Positions 45,279-55,266 of a stretch of DNA of 64,000 bases are shown one piece after another. This DNA is from an uncultured Acetatifactor sp. GTDB lineage: Bacteria; Bacillota; Clostridia; Lachnospirales; Lachnospiraceae. Location of the stretch: assembly GCA_910586515.1 (NCBI GenBank), contig CAJUGL010000006.1, forward strand, positions 23,758-87,757, in the 5' to 3' direction. Each line of letters begins with the position of its first letter. Within the stretch, counting starts at the first letter, position 1. The notes under the pieces are model-generated. The model was not told where the DNA came from and ran no database searches. It saw nothing but the letters and a program-made list of their open reading frames with translations. The position numbers and the translations under genes are program-made.

Positions 45279-45466
45279 CGCATCACCCTCCTTTCTTTCG
45301 TCTGGAGGGCTACTTGAACCCTCCGCAATACAAGAGGGTAAGAGCCGCCTTGGCTCTATGACTTTTCCGTAGTGACAATATAGCACAAATTCCGACTTCC
45401 GGCAAGAGGAGCTTACCAAAATCACACATCAAAAAGGACCATTTCTGCAGCCGTACAGCAAGCAGC

Positions 45467-45506
45467 TTTTTTCAACTTCTCCGGCGCTTTTCCCCGCTCT
45501 TGCCAT
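45467..45506. repeat. ~40-bp direct repeat, copy 2 (native 3' end of the acyltransferase gene)
   Basis: See 44969-45008. This copy encodes ...HGKSGEKRRRS*. Confidence 0.9.
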
Positions 45507-46536
45507 GGCGGGGCAGCAACCGCGTTATTTCAAGGACTCTTTTTTCAAAACAATAATATGACAGAACAGACAGAACGATAAGAATAAGAAAATACAGGAT
45601 AAACTTCTGCGCTTCACTCAGTGCAGAAAGCCAAAGTTGATTTTCCGCAAGAAGATAAGCTCTGACAACAGGAATATGCCACAGATAAATGGAAAAACTG
45701 ACTTTTCCGATTATCTGCAGCGGCGGAAGCGTCAGCAGCCTGACAAGATACTTTCCATACAGCGCCATACAAATCAGATTCGCGCAAAGACAGGAAAATA
45801 TCCAGCCCCCATATCCAGACACGGTTTCCAACCCAAACAGACACACGCTGATAATGCTTCCTGAAAATATCAGCAGATTGACGGCAGACAAAATCTCTTG
45901 TTTTACCGAGCCGCTCAGCAGCAATTCCGCAAGAAGCACTCCGAGAAAGAAATTCAGATAACCCTCGCCGCAAGTCCTGTAATTAAAAGGCACATTCCAG
46001 TCTCCAATCATCAGAATCATTCCCCAGACCATAACCAAAATACACAGCGGTAAATACAGCTTTGGAATACGAGAAGAAATCTTCCCTATCAGGCAGTACA
46101 GCATGTACAGCAGAAGCAATATACATAAAAACCATGCCGGAAAATTGTACGGCATAGCCTTACCGTCAAACCATCCCGTCGATATCATTAAGCATGTGGC
46201 AAGCAGTCTTTTCGGATCCGGTATGGCTCTGTCCAGAAGCAAGATGCATAGATTGGAACAGAAATAAAGAGGATATATTTTTGCGATCTTCTTCGCCATA
46301 AAGATCCGGAAACTGCATTTCTGATTGATCATTCTGTTTTTATAATGATAGGCAGTGAGCAAACCACTCAGCATAAAAAAGATATAATTTCCAAAATAAC
46401 CGCCGTATCTGTATACCGGATCCAGCCACTCTGAGAAAGCTGCGTCGAAAGGCTCTTTAACATGGTATATCACAATTCCTATGCAAAAAACCGCTCTTAA
46501 TCCGTCCAATCCCGCAAATCGTTTTGTCTGCTCCAT
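45472..46536 (-). CDS. membrane acyltransferase (acyltransferase_3 / OatA-like family)
   Basis: 354 aa. GLDGLRAVFCIGIVIYH (catalytic His region) and about 10 TM segments are typical of acyltransferase family 3. Confidence 0.8.
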   Translation of the reverse strand: MEQTKRFAGLDGLRAVFCIGIVIYHVKEPFDAAFSEWLDPVYRYGGYFGNYIFFMLSGLLTAYHYKNRMINQKCSFRIFMAKKIAKIYPLYFCSNLCILLLDRAIPDPKRLLATCLMISTGWFDGKAMPYNFPAWFLCILLLLYMLYCLIGKISSRIPKLYLPLCILVMVWGMILMIGDWNVPFNYRTCGEGYLNFFLGVLLAELLLSGSVKQEILSAVNLLIFSGSIISVCLFGLETVSGYGGWIFSCLCANLICMALYGKYLVRLLTLPPLQIIGKVSFSIYLWHIPVVRAYLLAENQLWLSALSEAQKFILYFLILIVLSVLSYYCFEKRVLEITRLLPRHGKSGEKRRRS

Positions 46537-46633
46537 TTACACTCACCCCCAACAAGTTGTTTTATCATTTAAGTTTACACCGAATTACGTCTATTTCCTC
46601 AAAAGCGCGGCAGATTCCCATGTCTTCCCCGTT

Positions 46634-47941
46634 TCACCGGGCTTCCGACGCAGTGAACCGTCTCCATTTTCCCTTTGCGCACAGCATGGACACCAGCCCC
46701 AGAATACCTACGGCAATCCACAGCGCCACCACAGCCTTCCAGCCGGCTCCCTCCGCCACGGCACCGAAACCATAGGTGGAGAGGGAACTTCCCACATAGG
46801 TAGCAGCGTTTAAAATGCCGGACACGGTGGAGACCTTGCCGAACCCGGCGAAATGTCCCGGAACCCTGCTGATCAGCATCAGGTTGATGCCGTGCATGCA
46901 GCCTGTGATCAGGGTCATCATCAGGATGCATACCGCAGGCGCGCTGTCAAAGGCCATAAGCATCAGGCCTCCCGACAGGGCTCCCGCCCCGAAAAGCAAA
47001 GCGGCCGTGGAGACCTCGCTCTTTATGCGGCTCAGCAGAAAAGAGGCAAACAGAGTGCTGAACACGGCAAACACGGGAAGCGCAGCCGCGGACAGGATGG
47101 AACTGGAATTGCTCATCCCGAATGTTTCACTCATGTATACCGGCATCCATGTGGTGATTCCGTCCCGAAGGGTTCCCTGCAGGACAATGGCCAGAAGAAT
47201 GAAAATCAGGGGCGCCTCCGCGAACAGCTGGGTGAAGGAAAGGGATGCACTGCCGCCCTCCGGCCGTCCCGCGCCTGCCGAAGGCTGTTTTGCCGCTTCC
47301 TGCGCCGCACCTGCCGACTGTCTCTCCGTCCCTTCAGTCTCCCCCACTGACTTCTCCGCCCGGCTGCCCAGCCCCAGGGTCTTCACAAGCCAGAAAAAAG
47401 CAGCCGCCGTACCCAGAACCGCGGGAACAATAAATACCGCCTTCCAGCCGGATAAGTATATGCATACAGGCGTCAAAACGTAAATTACTATGGTAGCCGC
47501 GGAAGACGCCATGGAAACCAGAACACAGCTGAGCCTGTACCATTTATCATTCAGCATCTCCGCCATGATGCGCACCATGGGCGGCCAGAGCATGGACTGA
47601 AAAAATCCGTTCAGGCACCACACCGGAACAATCACGCTCATCCTGGGAAACAGCGCTACCGCCATATTACAGGCGGATGCCCCAGCCAAGCCTCCGAAGA
47701 TCATTTTCTGCGGACTGAACCGGTCTCCCAGAAAGCCGCAGACCAGCTGCCCCGCCCCGTAGCTCAGAAAGCACATGGTCACCGGCAGTCCGGCAATGCT
47801 TTTCCCGATCCCCAGGGCGCTCTGCAGTTCCACCATGCAGGCCGCATAATTCAGTCTTGTCAGATAACTCATAAAATAAGCAAGACAACATAAAAAGCAG
47901 AGAAATCTCATCTCTTTTTCGGATGTAAGTCTTTTCGTCAT
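46634..47941 (-). CDS. MFS transporter
   Basis: 435 aa with a 6+6 TM layout and a long hydrophilic central loop. It has the MFS motif A-like GFLGDRFSPQK. Confidence 0.75.
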   Translation of the reverse strand: MTKRLTSEKEMRFLCFLCCLAYFMSYLTRLNYAACMVELQSALGIGKSIAGLPVTMCFLSYGAGQLVCGFLGDRFSPQKMIFGGLAGASACNMAVALFPRMSVIVPVWCLNGFFQSMLWPPMVRIMAEMLNDKWYRLSCVLVSMASSAATIVIYVLTPVCIYLSGWKAVFIVPAVLGTAAAFFWLVKTLGLGSRAEKSVGETEGTERQSAGAAQEAAKQPSAGAGRPEGGSASLSFTQLFAEAPLIFILLAIVLQGTLRDGITTWMPVYMSETFGMSNSSSILSAAALPVFAVFSTLFASFLLSRIKSEVSTAALLFGAGALSGGLMLMAFDSAPAVCILMMTLITGCMHGINLMLISRVPGHFAGFGKVSTVSGILNAATYVGSSLSTYGFGAVAEGAGWKAVVALWIAVGILGLVSMLCAKGKWRRFTASEAR

Positions 47942-48238
47942 AACAGACAGTCTCCTTCCAATCCTTCCTTTTTAAAGATCTTAAGTCGTCAAAAATCATT
48001 TGCTTCCGGCTGATCTCCTTCAGCCTGTCACGGTCCAACCCGGACTTTACTCATCCTATCATATGTATGCCGAAATGCCAAGTCACCTGAGCCGTCTTTT
48101 TCGTTATTTTCGAACAAAGCACACGAAAACACTTCGCGGAATTATGCCTGCGCAGTAACCAATACATTTTCTGAATTACCCGGAAACGGCAGTCAGCAAA
48201 ACGCCGGGAAGTCTGTCCTCCCCGGCATCTTGTTTCGC

Positions 48239-49582
48239 CTATTCCCCGATCTCAAATTCTCCGGTGAGCAGAATATCCGCAGAATTATCTCCCACCATGA
48301 CCCGGAATACCCCAGGCTCCACATGCCACTCAAAGTTCCGGTTCAGTGTGCGCATCTGCCTGGAGCCGATTTTAAGCTCCACCCTCCTGCTCTCTCCGGG
48401 GTCCAGAGCAATCTTCTGAAAGCCCGCCAGTTCTTTCCTGGGTTTCACGGTGCCGGAAACCATATCCCGCAGATAAAGCTGCGCCGTCTCCTGGCCGAAG
48501 CGTCCCCCCGTATTGGTCACGGTAAAGGAAACCTTCACCTCCGCGCCCTTTTCCACAGCCTCCGCAGTCAGGCCGTCCCCCTCCACCTGCAGGTCGCTGT
48601 ACGCAAAATTGGTGTAGGTGAGGCCGTAGCCGAAGGGATACAAGGGATTCCAGTCCATCTCCACATAGCGCCATCCGCCTCCGGGCATCCGGTTATAATT
48701 GCAGGGCACCTGTCCCACGCTTCTGGGGAAGGACATGGGCAGCCGTCCGGAGGGATACGTTTTTCCGAACAGTACTTCCGCAATGGCTCTGCCTCCCTTT
48801 TCCCCCGGGAACCAGCATTCCAGGATGGCCGGGATATGGGCTTCCTCCCAGGTCAGGGCAAGGGGCCTGCCGTTCTGCAGCACCAGAACCACCGGGGTTC
48901 CCGTGGCTGCGATTTCCTTCAGGAATTCCTGCTGCTTTCCGGGCAGTATCAGGTCCGTCCGGTCCAGATTCTCGCCGCTGGTCTCCCCATTGTCCCCCAG
49001 GCATACAATCGCCGCATCCGCTTTTTTCACCAGCTCCAGGGCAGGATTCCAGTCCTCCCGGCCCTTGTTGTAGCCCAGGACCACCCTGGCGCCCCTGGCG
49101 TCATTGCAGAATTCCAGACGGATATCGTATTCCCTGCCTGCCTCAAAGGCAAAGTCCGCCATTCTCGCTTCACCCTCGGCCTCTCCTGCGTTTTTTTCCG
49201 TCTTCCGCTCTCCATCCGAAAGATTCCATGCGTCGATTAACAGTTTCCCGTCTACATATAAACGCATGCTGTCCTGACCCGGAATGGCAAGGCAGCCCTG
49301 GAAGCTGCTCCGGGCTTTCAGCTTTCCGGTCCATGCCACGGAGAAGCATTCCGCGTTCACATCCGCATGGGGCTTGGCATAAATCCAGTTGAAATTCACC
49401 ATATAGTCCCTGCGGGTCACCACAGGTTCTCCGCTCAGGTCCCAGTTATTGTAATAGCGGGCGGTAAGCCCCTCCTCTCCCGTCTCATCAACAAACCAGT
49501 TGGGGTGGAAGGGAAAAACCTTCTCTCCCAGGTAGCTGCAGCCTTTTTCGTAGAGAACCGTCCTGCCCTCCCCTCTCTCCAT
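48239..49582 (-). CDS. GH3 C-terminal-domain protein with a PA14 insert and an Fn3-like tail; the N-terminal catalytic domain is absent (probably a truncated gene)
   Basis: 447 aa. It shows PA14-like LTARYYNNWDLSGEPVV...FSVAWTGKL...MRLYVDGKLLID, then the GH3 C-domain ADAAIVCLGDNGETSGENLDRTDLILPGKQQEFLKEIAATGTPVVLVLQNGRPL, then an Fn3-like end. Only 99 nt separate it from the upstream gene. Confidence 0.65.
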   Translation of the reverse strand: MERGEGRTVLYEKGCSYLGEKVFPFHPNWFVDETGEEGLTARYYNNWDLSGEPVVTRRDYMVNFNWIYAKPHADVNAECFSVAWTGKLKARSSFQGCLAIPGQDSMRLYVDGKLLIDAWNLSDGERKTEKNAGEAEGEARMADFAFEAGREYDIRLEFCNDARGARVVLGYNKGREDWNPALELVKKADAAIVCLGDNGETSGENLDRTDLILPGKQQEFLKEIAATGTPVVLVLQNGRPLALTWEEAHIPAILECWFPGEKGGRAIAEVLFGKTYPSGRLPMSFPRSVGQVPCNYNRMPGGGWRYVEMDWNPLYPFGYGLTYTNFAYSDLQVEGDGLTAEAVEKGAEVKVSFTVTNTGGRFGQETAQLYLRDMVSGTVKPRKELAGFQKIALDPGESRRVELKIGSRQMRTLNRNFEWHVEPGVFRVMVGDNSADILLTGEFEIGE

Positions 49583-49681
49583 TTTCTATCCTCCTGCCCG
49601 TCTGAGCGGGCATTTTGTTTATTTATCAGCGTGTTTATTTATGTTTTTCCGTTTTCATCGTTTCCGGACCTTCTCCCTGCG

Positions 49682-52081
49682 CTAACCGGTGATAAAGCTC
49701 ACCACGCCCATGTCGTTCTCCCGCAGCCTTGTCAGATTCTCCTCCAATGTGCCTTCCCTGAGTTCCAAAGCGTAGCAGAATTCTCCGAAACCGGACAAAT
49801 CCATCTTAAAATTGGTCTCCCAGGTATTGTTCATGATCCAGCTGTATACGGGGCGATGATTATTTTCTTCCCGATTATCGCACAGCACAATGGGATGGCT
49901 CTCCATCTCTCCCATGTAGAGCAGGGGCGTATCCAGGGTATTGATGAGAATGCCCTGTTTTCCGTTCTGGTACAGCACGCCCTCGTCCGCGATATAATAT
50001 TCCATATTCGTGCCCGGAAGCTGATCCACACCCGGACGCATGGCAACGCCGCCGTTGCGGATATAAAGCTCGCTCTCCGGCAGATTCAGGGACAGAGGCA
50101 GATAAATGCTCTCAATGTCCTGACTTAAGGTTTTGGCTATGCGGAAGGTGAACTCGATTCTGGGCAGCTGTTTATACATCTTGATGATAATGCTGGTGTA
50201 GGAAGTACCCTCCAGATCAAAGACCAGCTCCGTTCTGTCAAACACAGGACCGTGATCCAGAATCCGGATATCTTTCAGGTCTCCCTGATACTGCACCGCA
50301 TGCAGTCCTCTCACATTTCTGCCCAGACATGCCCGCTCCCCATAGACGCCTTTACGGATTTCCGTATTTTCATAAATGGGGGTGAAGAAATTTTCCAGGA
50401 CATCCCCGCCTTCCATTCCCCCTTTCAGCATTTCTCTGCCGGATTGTTTATTATAGAAAGAAGTAATACCCTCCCCTGTCTTCCAGGAAATCCGAAACCA
50501 GGGGTTCTCCAATCCGTAGGGAAGCTTATAGCTTTCCCTGTCATAGTCGTTGACAATATCCCTTACCCGTTCGGCCCCCACCCAGGCTGTGCGGGAGTAA
50601 AGCCCCTGCTCAGGCGCGGGCTTCTCCTCATAGGCGAACAGCTTCTCCTCACCCGGCTGAAATTCCGCCGCAAAGCTCACCCGCACTCCTCTGGGATGAG
50701 ACGAAAGCTGAACCGCCAATTCCTCTCCCGTCTTTTTATCCGTCACCTTCATGTCCGGGATTCCCGCTGTCTCCACATAGAATTCCACGGGAAGCAGTCC
50801 CTTCCTGCCGCTCATGGAGATGGCTTTTACCTCCCCTGCATTATTGTAATAGCGGAGGATATCTCCCAACAGATGATATTGCCGAATCCTCCGCAGGGAC
50901 GCCGCCTCATGGGCCTTTGAGGCATAACCGGTTTTGCGGATATCCAGGTTTGTGACCATGGTTTCATATGGGCTTCCTATGGTGGCGGAATGTCCCCAGG
51001 TATGCTCCGCATACAGCAGGGCGTTGTGGGCGCAGTCTCTTGCAAGGGCCTGGTCATGCACGCCGGTTTTCTCCTCCAGGCGGTCGCAGATATGGGAAAT
51101 CCGCAGAGCCTCCCTGTAATGTTTCACCGCATAGGGGGTGCTTCCCACACCGTTTCCCCACCAGTCGTTCATGGCCCCCCGGTATACCGGGGCGTCCGCA
51201 GTCTTTTCCCGAATCAGATCATACAGCTCCTGCAGGGTCAGCATATGCAGGGTGACTTCTTCTCCGAAACGCCGGTTAAAATCATTCACTGCAGCGATAA
51301 TGGCCGGATTGGCCGGCGCGTTGTCGGAGAAGACTCCGCTGACGCTGGTAATATAAAAGTCGTAAGGATAACCGCTCTCCTCGTATTCCGCAATACTTTT
51401 TTCCAGCTTATCATGCAGGGCTTCCAAAGCCGTTTCATCCCTGCCCAGGCAGCTCTCCGCGCAGGCATATACATTTTTGCTGAAAACGATTCCCAGAGCA
51501 TTGCCCAGATTGTAATGCTCCCCGCTCCACACCAGGAGACGCTTTCCCCCTTCGTTTTCCCAGAAGTATGGCTTCTGGTTCTGGTACAGGGGGTACATGC
51601 CGTGATGGGTATGGATATTGGTAAACAAAAATTCAATGCCGTTATTGATCAGAACATCCCTTGCCCCCAGGGAAATCCCGTTGATATCCGCGTTCATTGC
51701 CGTTTTTACCGGACATCCCCGGGCCGTAAAGATTTCCTGCATTCCGGCGGTCTTTTGATGCAGCATCTGTACCTCCGTCAGGTCTGTGCCGTTGAGATAG
51801 GAGGCGGAGATGCCGATATTTCCTCTCCGAACCAACTCGAAAAAATCTGCCTTCTCCCCTTCGGAGGCGCTCTCCAGGAACTGTTCCACGCAGAAGTAAG
51901 TCTCACAGTTCCATTTGAAATCCTTCTCCTGGCTGCCGGTTTCGTATCCCTTCTTGATCATGGAGACGGCATTCCGCATATTGTTTACCTGGTTGTAGAT
52001 AATCTGTTCCTGTAAATCCGTATAACCGATGTCTGTGTGAGAATGGTGGATTATGTATACGTTTTTGATCTTACTGCCCAT
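49682..52081 (-). CDS. GH38-like glycoside hydrolase (alpha-mannosidase family-related)
   Basis: Start chosen at MGSKIKNVYIIHHSHTDIGYTD (aa 29 of the track ORF). The HHSHTD metal-binding start and the length of about 800 aa fit GH38-like proteins. Confidence 0.65.
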   Translation of the reverse strand: MGSKIKNVYIIHHSHTDIGYTDLQEQIIYNQVNNMRNAVSMIKKGYETGSQEKDFKWNCETYFCVEQFLESASEGEKADFFELVRRGNIGISASYLNGTDLTEVQMLHQKTAGMQEIFTARGCPVKTAMNADINGISLGARDVLINNGIEFLFTNIHTHHGMYPLYQNQKPYFWENEGGKRLLVWSGEHYNLGNALGIVFSKNVYACAESCLGRDETALEALHDKLEKSIAEYEESGYPYDFYITSVSGVFSDNAPANPAIIAAVNDFNRRFGEEVTLHMLTLQELYDLIREKTADAPVYRGAMNDWWGNGVGSTPYAVKHYREALRISHICDRLEEKTGVHDQALARDCAHNALLYAEHTWGHSATIGSPYETMVTNLDIRKTGYASKAHEAASLRRIRQYHLLGDILRYYNNAGEVKAISMSGRKGLLPVEFYVETAGIPDMKVTDKKTGEELAVQLSSHPRGVRVSFAAEFQPGEEKLFAYEEKPAPEQGLYSRTAWVGAERVRDIVNDYDRESYKLPYGLENPWFRISWKTGEGITSFYNKQSGREMLKGGMEGGDVLENFFTPIYENTEIRKGVYGERACLGRNVRGLHAVQYQGDLKDIRILDHGPVFDRTELVFDLEGTSYTSIIIKMYKQLPRIEFTFRIAKTLSQDIESIYLPLSLNLPESELYIRNGGVAMRPGVDQLPGTNMEYYIADEGVLYQNGKQGILINTLDTPLLYMGEMESHPIVLCDNREENNHRPVYSWIMNNTWETNFKMDLSGFGEFCYALELREGTLEENLTRLRENDMGVVSFITG

Positions 52082-52398
52082 AGCTGCTCCTTTTCTAATA
52101 TCTTTATTTCGACCAACACTCCTCATTGCCTGATCAGACTTCCTGCTCTGAATACAATCCTTCATTTGAGAATTATAACATTTTACGCTTTATTTGTAAA
52201 TACAGTATATATATTTCAAAAAATGTATTTACAAACTATATCTCAAAAATCTAATTTCAGCCCTCCGGCAAACCTACCGCCGGGTAACTGTTTCAAAAGC
52301 CAACAAAAAATCTCCATTACAATCAATGGAGATTTTTCACCCTGTTCAAAACAGGAAAGATTCATATTACGCTGTTCCGCCGCAGTTTATCTGCCGCT

Positions 52399-53688
52399 TC
52401 AGTCATTATTCGTCACAACTTCGCCGTGTCCCAGATTGTAGGTAATCTCTCCTTCCAGTTCCACTTTCAGCACAGTGGTCAGCGGATGCATCTGCATCTT
52501 GTCCGCCCGGATCCACAGGGTCCCCGGGATACCGCTCCAGGGCAGGGAGCCCGTATAGCTGAAGGAAAGCTCCTCTCCTGTGTGAAGAACGCTGACCTTC
52601 TTCACGGGAGTCTTCACCCCTTTCACACACAGGAACTCAGAGGGCTGATCATACACAAAAAGGTAGATGGTCTTCTTGTCCGCGGACAAAGTGCTGCCGC
52701 CCAGGAACTGATTATAGCTCAGACCCTTCTCTGTCTCATAGATGGCCTCCTCATTGTCATGAATGAACTGTCCCAGATCCTCCAGTACCTTCACCTGCCG
52801 TTCATCCAGAGTGCCGTCCTCCTTTGGCCCTACATCCAGAAGCAGCTTTCCGCCCAAAGTCAGGCAGTCGCAGAACATACGGATCACCTGGCGGCTGGTC
52901 TTGTAATGATTGTCGGAAGGACGGTATCCCCAGGAACTGTTGATGGTGGTGCAGAACTCCCACACACCCTTAGGTCCCATCAGCGGAATGCCCTGTTCCG
53001 GCGTCTCATAGTCCCCGTAGCCCTGGAGACGGGAATTCACGATAATGTTGGGATTCAGGGACTGAAGATATTCCTTGAATTCCTTTGCCTTCCACTGGTT
53101 CGCGCTGCGCTCCCAGTCTCCGTCGAACCACAGCAGATCCACTGTGCCGTAATTGGTCATCAGCTCTCTCATCTGATTATTGTTGAACTCCAGGAACTCC
53201 TGCCACTTCTCCGGATCCTCCGGTCCTCCCGCGGGAGTGGCAAATACATCCTTCAGATGATTCTGAGGATCAGAGCCTTCCGGATAAACCGTCCTGTAGC
53301 GGGGATCGGACCAGTCGATGAGGGAGAAATAAATTCCCACCTTCATGCCGGCCTCTCTGACCGCCGCCGTATATTCCTTGATCAGATCCCGTTTCGCCGG
53401 GGTCTTTTTCACCACGTTCAAATCGGAATACTGAGTATCAAACAACGCTACACCGTCATGATGTTTGGAAGTCAGCACCACATACTGAGCTCCTGCGCGC
53501 TTGAACAAATCCGCCCATGCCGCCGCGTCAAATTTGGATGCCGTGAAGCCGTCGCACTGCTTCATGTAATCCTCATAGGAAATGGCGCCGTTATGGAAAG
53601 ACCATGACTCCGACACGTCTCCCACGGCATAGATACCCCAATGGATAAAGATACCCAGTTTCGCCTTTTTGAACCACTCCTGCATCAT
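52399..53688 (-). CDS. alpha-L-fucosidase (GH29)
   Basis: 429 aa. FKKAKLGIFIHWGIYAV...GAQYVVLTSKHHDGVALFDT...IYFSLIDW...LWFDGDW is the canonical GH29 core. Confidence 0.85.
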   Translation of the reverse strand: MMQEWFKKAKLGIFIHWGIYAVGDVSESWSFHNGAISYEDYMKQCDGFTASKFDAAAWADLFKRAGAQYVVLTSKHHDGVALFDTQYSDLNVVKKTPAKRDLIKEYTAAVREAGMKVGIYFSLIDWSDPRYRTVYPEGSDPQNHLKDVFATPAGGPEDPEKWQEFLEFNNNQMRELMTNYGTVDLLWFDGDWERSANQWKAKEFKEYLQSLNPNIIVNSRLQGYGDYETPEQGIPLMGPKGVWEFCTTINSSWGYRPSDNHYKTSRQVIRMFCDCLTLGGKLLLDVGPKEDGTLDERQVKVLEDLGQFIHDNEEAIYETEKGLSYNQFLGGSTLSADKKTIYLFVYDQPSEFLCVKGVKTPVKKVSVLHTGEELSFSYTGSLPWSGIPGTLWIRADKMQMHPLTTVLKVELEGEITYNLGHGEVVTNND

Positions 53689-53859
53689 AATGAAAATCCT
53701 CCTTGCCGATTCCGGCTATGTTTATTGTCGTAAAAGTCCGGCGCATATTCCGGACTGTCACGCCTGCTGCCTCTCCCGGACGCGTTCCGGCCTTCCCGCC
53801 CCCGGAAACCGTTCCGTTTCCCCCTGCGGACTGGGAACAGCCTCCTGCCCGGAGAGCCG

Positions 53860-55035
53860 CTACCAACAGTTTACAATCTCTTCCTTGATAATGTCAACAT
53901 ATCTTTTCGCTTTCTTTACATCTTTATTGATGGTGTACACATCCCTCTGGGTGATCTCCATACAGCACCCTTTCGCCGCCTGCAGACTCTTCCTGATATG
54001 ACTCCGAAAAGCCTCCTCATCCAGCGTCGTCCCCGTACCCAGATAATTTGGACTGGGCTTTCGGTGGAAGATGATCTTGCTGCCCCGAAGCCTTTCTCCC
54101 ATGTATTCCTCATTGCACCATGGAGAGATGGACACCTTCCGGAGATTTGCCAGTTTGGAGATACAGTTATCCCATACCGGATCCACCGGCTCACAGCAGC
54201 CGTAGGAGATCAGTCCGAAACTTTCCGAAATCTTTTTATAACAGGGGAAAATAAATTCCTCGAACATCTCCGGAGAGATGCCCACCGTCTCCTGGGAATC
54301 CATAAAGCCCCACACATCCCCTGCGGTATAGCTGCCCGGCGCTTTCCCCTGGGGAAGGGTATGATTATAGTACCAGCTGCCCTGTCCCAGGAAACCGCCT
54401 CCTGTGGTGGGAAGAATCAGCCCTTCCTTTTCAAGAAGACGGTAGTACGCCAATGTATCATCGGCAATCCGTCTCATCATCTCCTTGAACAGTTCCGGAT
54501 AATCATTCATGGAAAACATCATGGTCTCCATGCTCATCAAATGAACCACCATCTGGGTAGGCACGGAATACAGACAGCTTCCCTCCAGACGCACCGGAAG
54601 AATATCCCCGAATATTTCCTCCAGAGCCGCTTTCCGCTCCAGGGATGCCCGGGGATTCACCCCGAACTGCGTCTCCCCCAGTTTCTCCCAGTCCTCTTCC
54701 AGATCCTGGATCTGAGGAATGAAATGATGTCCAACGCTTGCATTCCCTGCCGCGTCCCTGGCTCCCTCTACCTTTACCGGAAGCCCGAACAGGGTAAAAT
54801 AACTGTCATAGCCCATGCCGTAATAGTCCGGCGTCACCCTGTCGTCATCGAACAGTTCCTGATTCAGGAAATTCCCATACAGCGTCCGCTCAATCTGCCG
54901 GGCAAACTCCCCGGAACACTGCATGCGCTCAGGCAGAATCTCCTGCTCAAAGGTACCCATCTCCAAATGAATCAGAGGCCGCTCCCCCTGCAGCTCATTG
55001 TGGCGGTACCATTCCTCCCGCCGTTTCAGATTACA
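53860..55035 (-). pseudogene. 5'-truncated gene for a TIM-barrel-like protein of unknown function (URO-D/MtaA-like? weak)
   Basis: The track ORF starts at a TTG (54966). The frame stays open and protein-like upstream (...LKRREEWYRHNELQGERPLIHLEMGTF...) to a stop at about 55038, with no start codon or RBS. AT-rich unrelated sequence follows. Confidence 0.45.
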
Positions 55036-55266
55036 TTCCTACACGCATTTATACGAAATAATAACATATTTTTATATGTCTTGACATATCCGCCGCATTA
55101 TTGTATATTGAAAGAAAGCGGTATCTGCAACATTTTTTCATTTGGACAAAGTATATAAATGCAGATTCTTTTCTGGGATATTTTGTCTGAATTAAAACAC
55201 TGAAAATAAGCATTATGCACAAAAATATAATGCTTCAAATGGTATACTTTGTGAGAAATTCCGATT

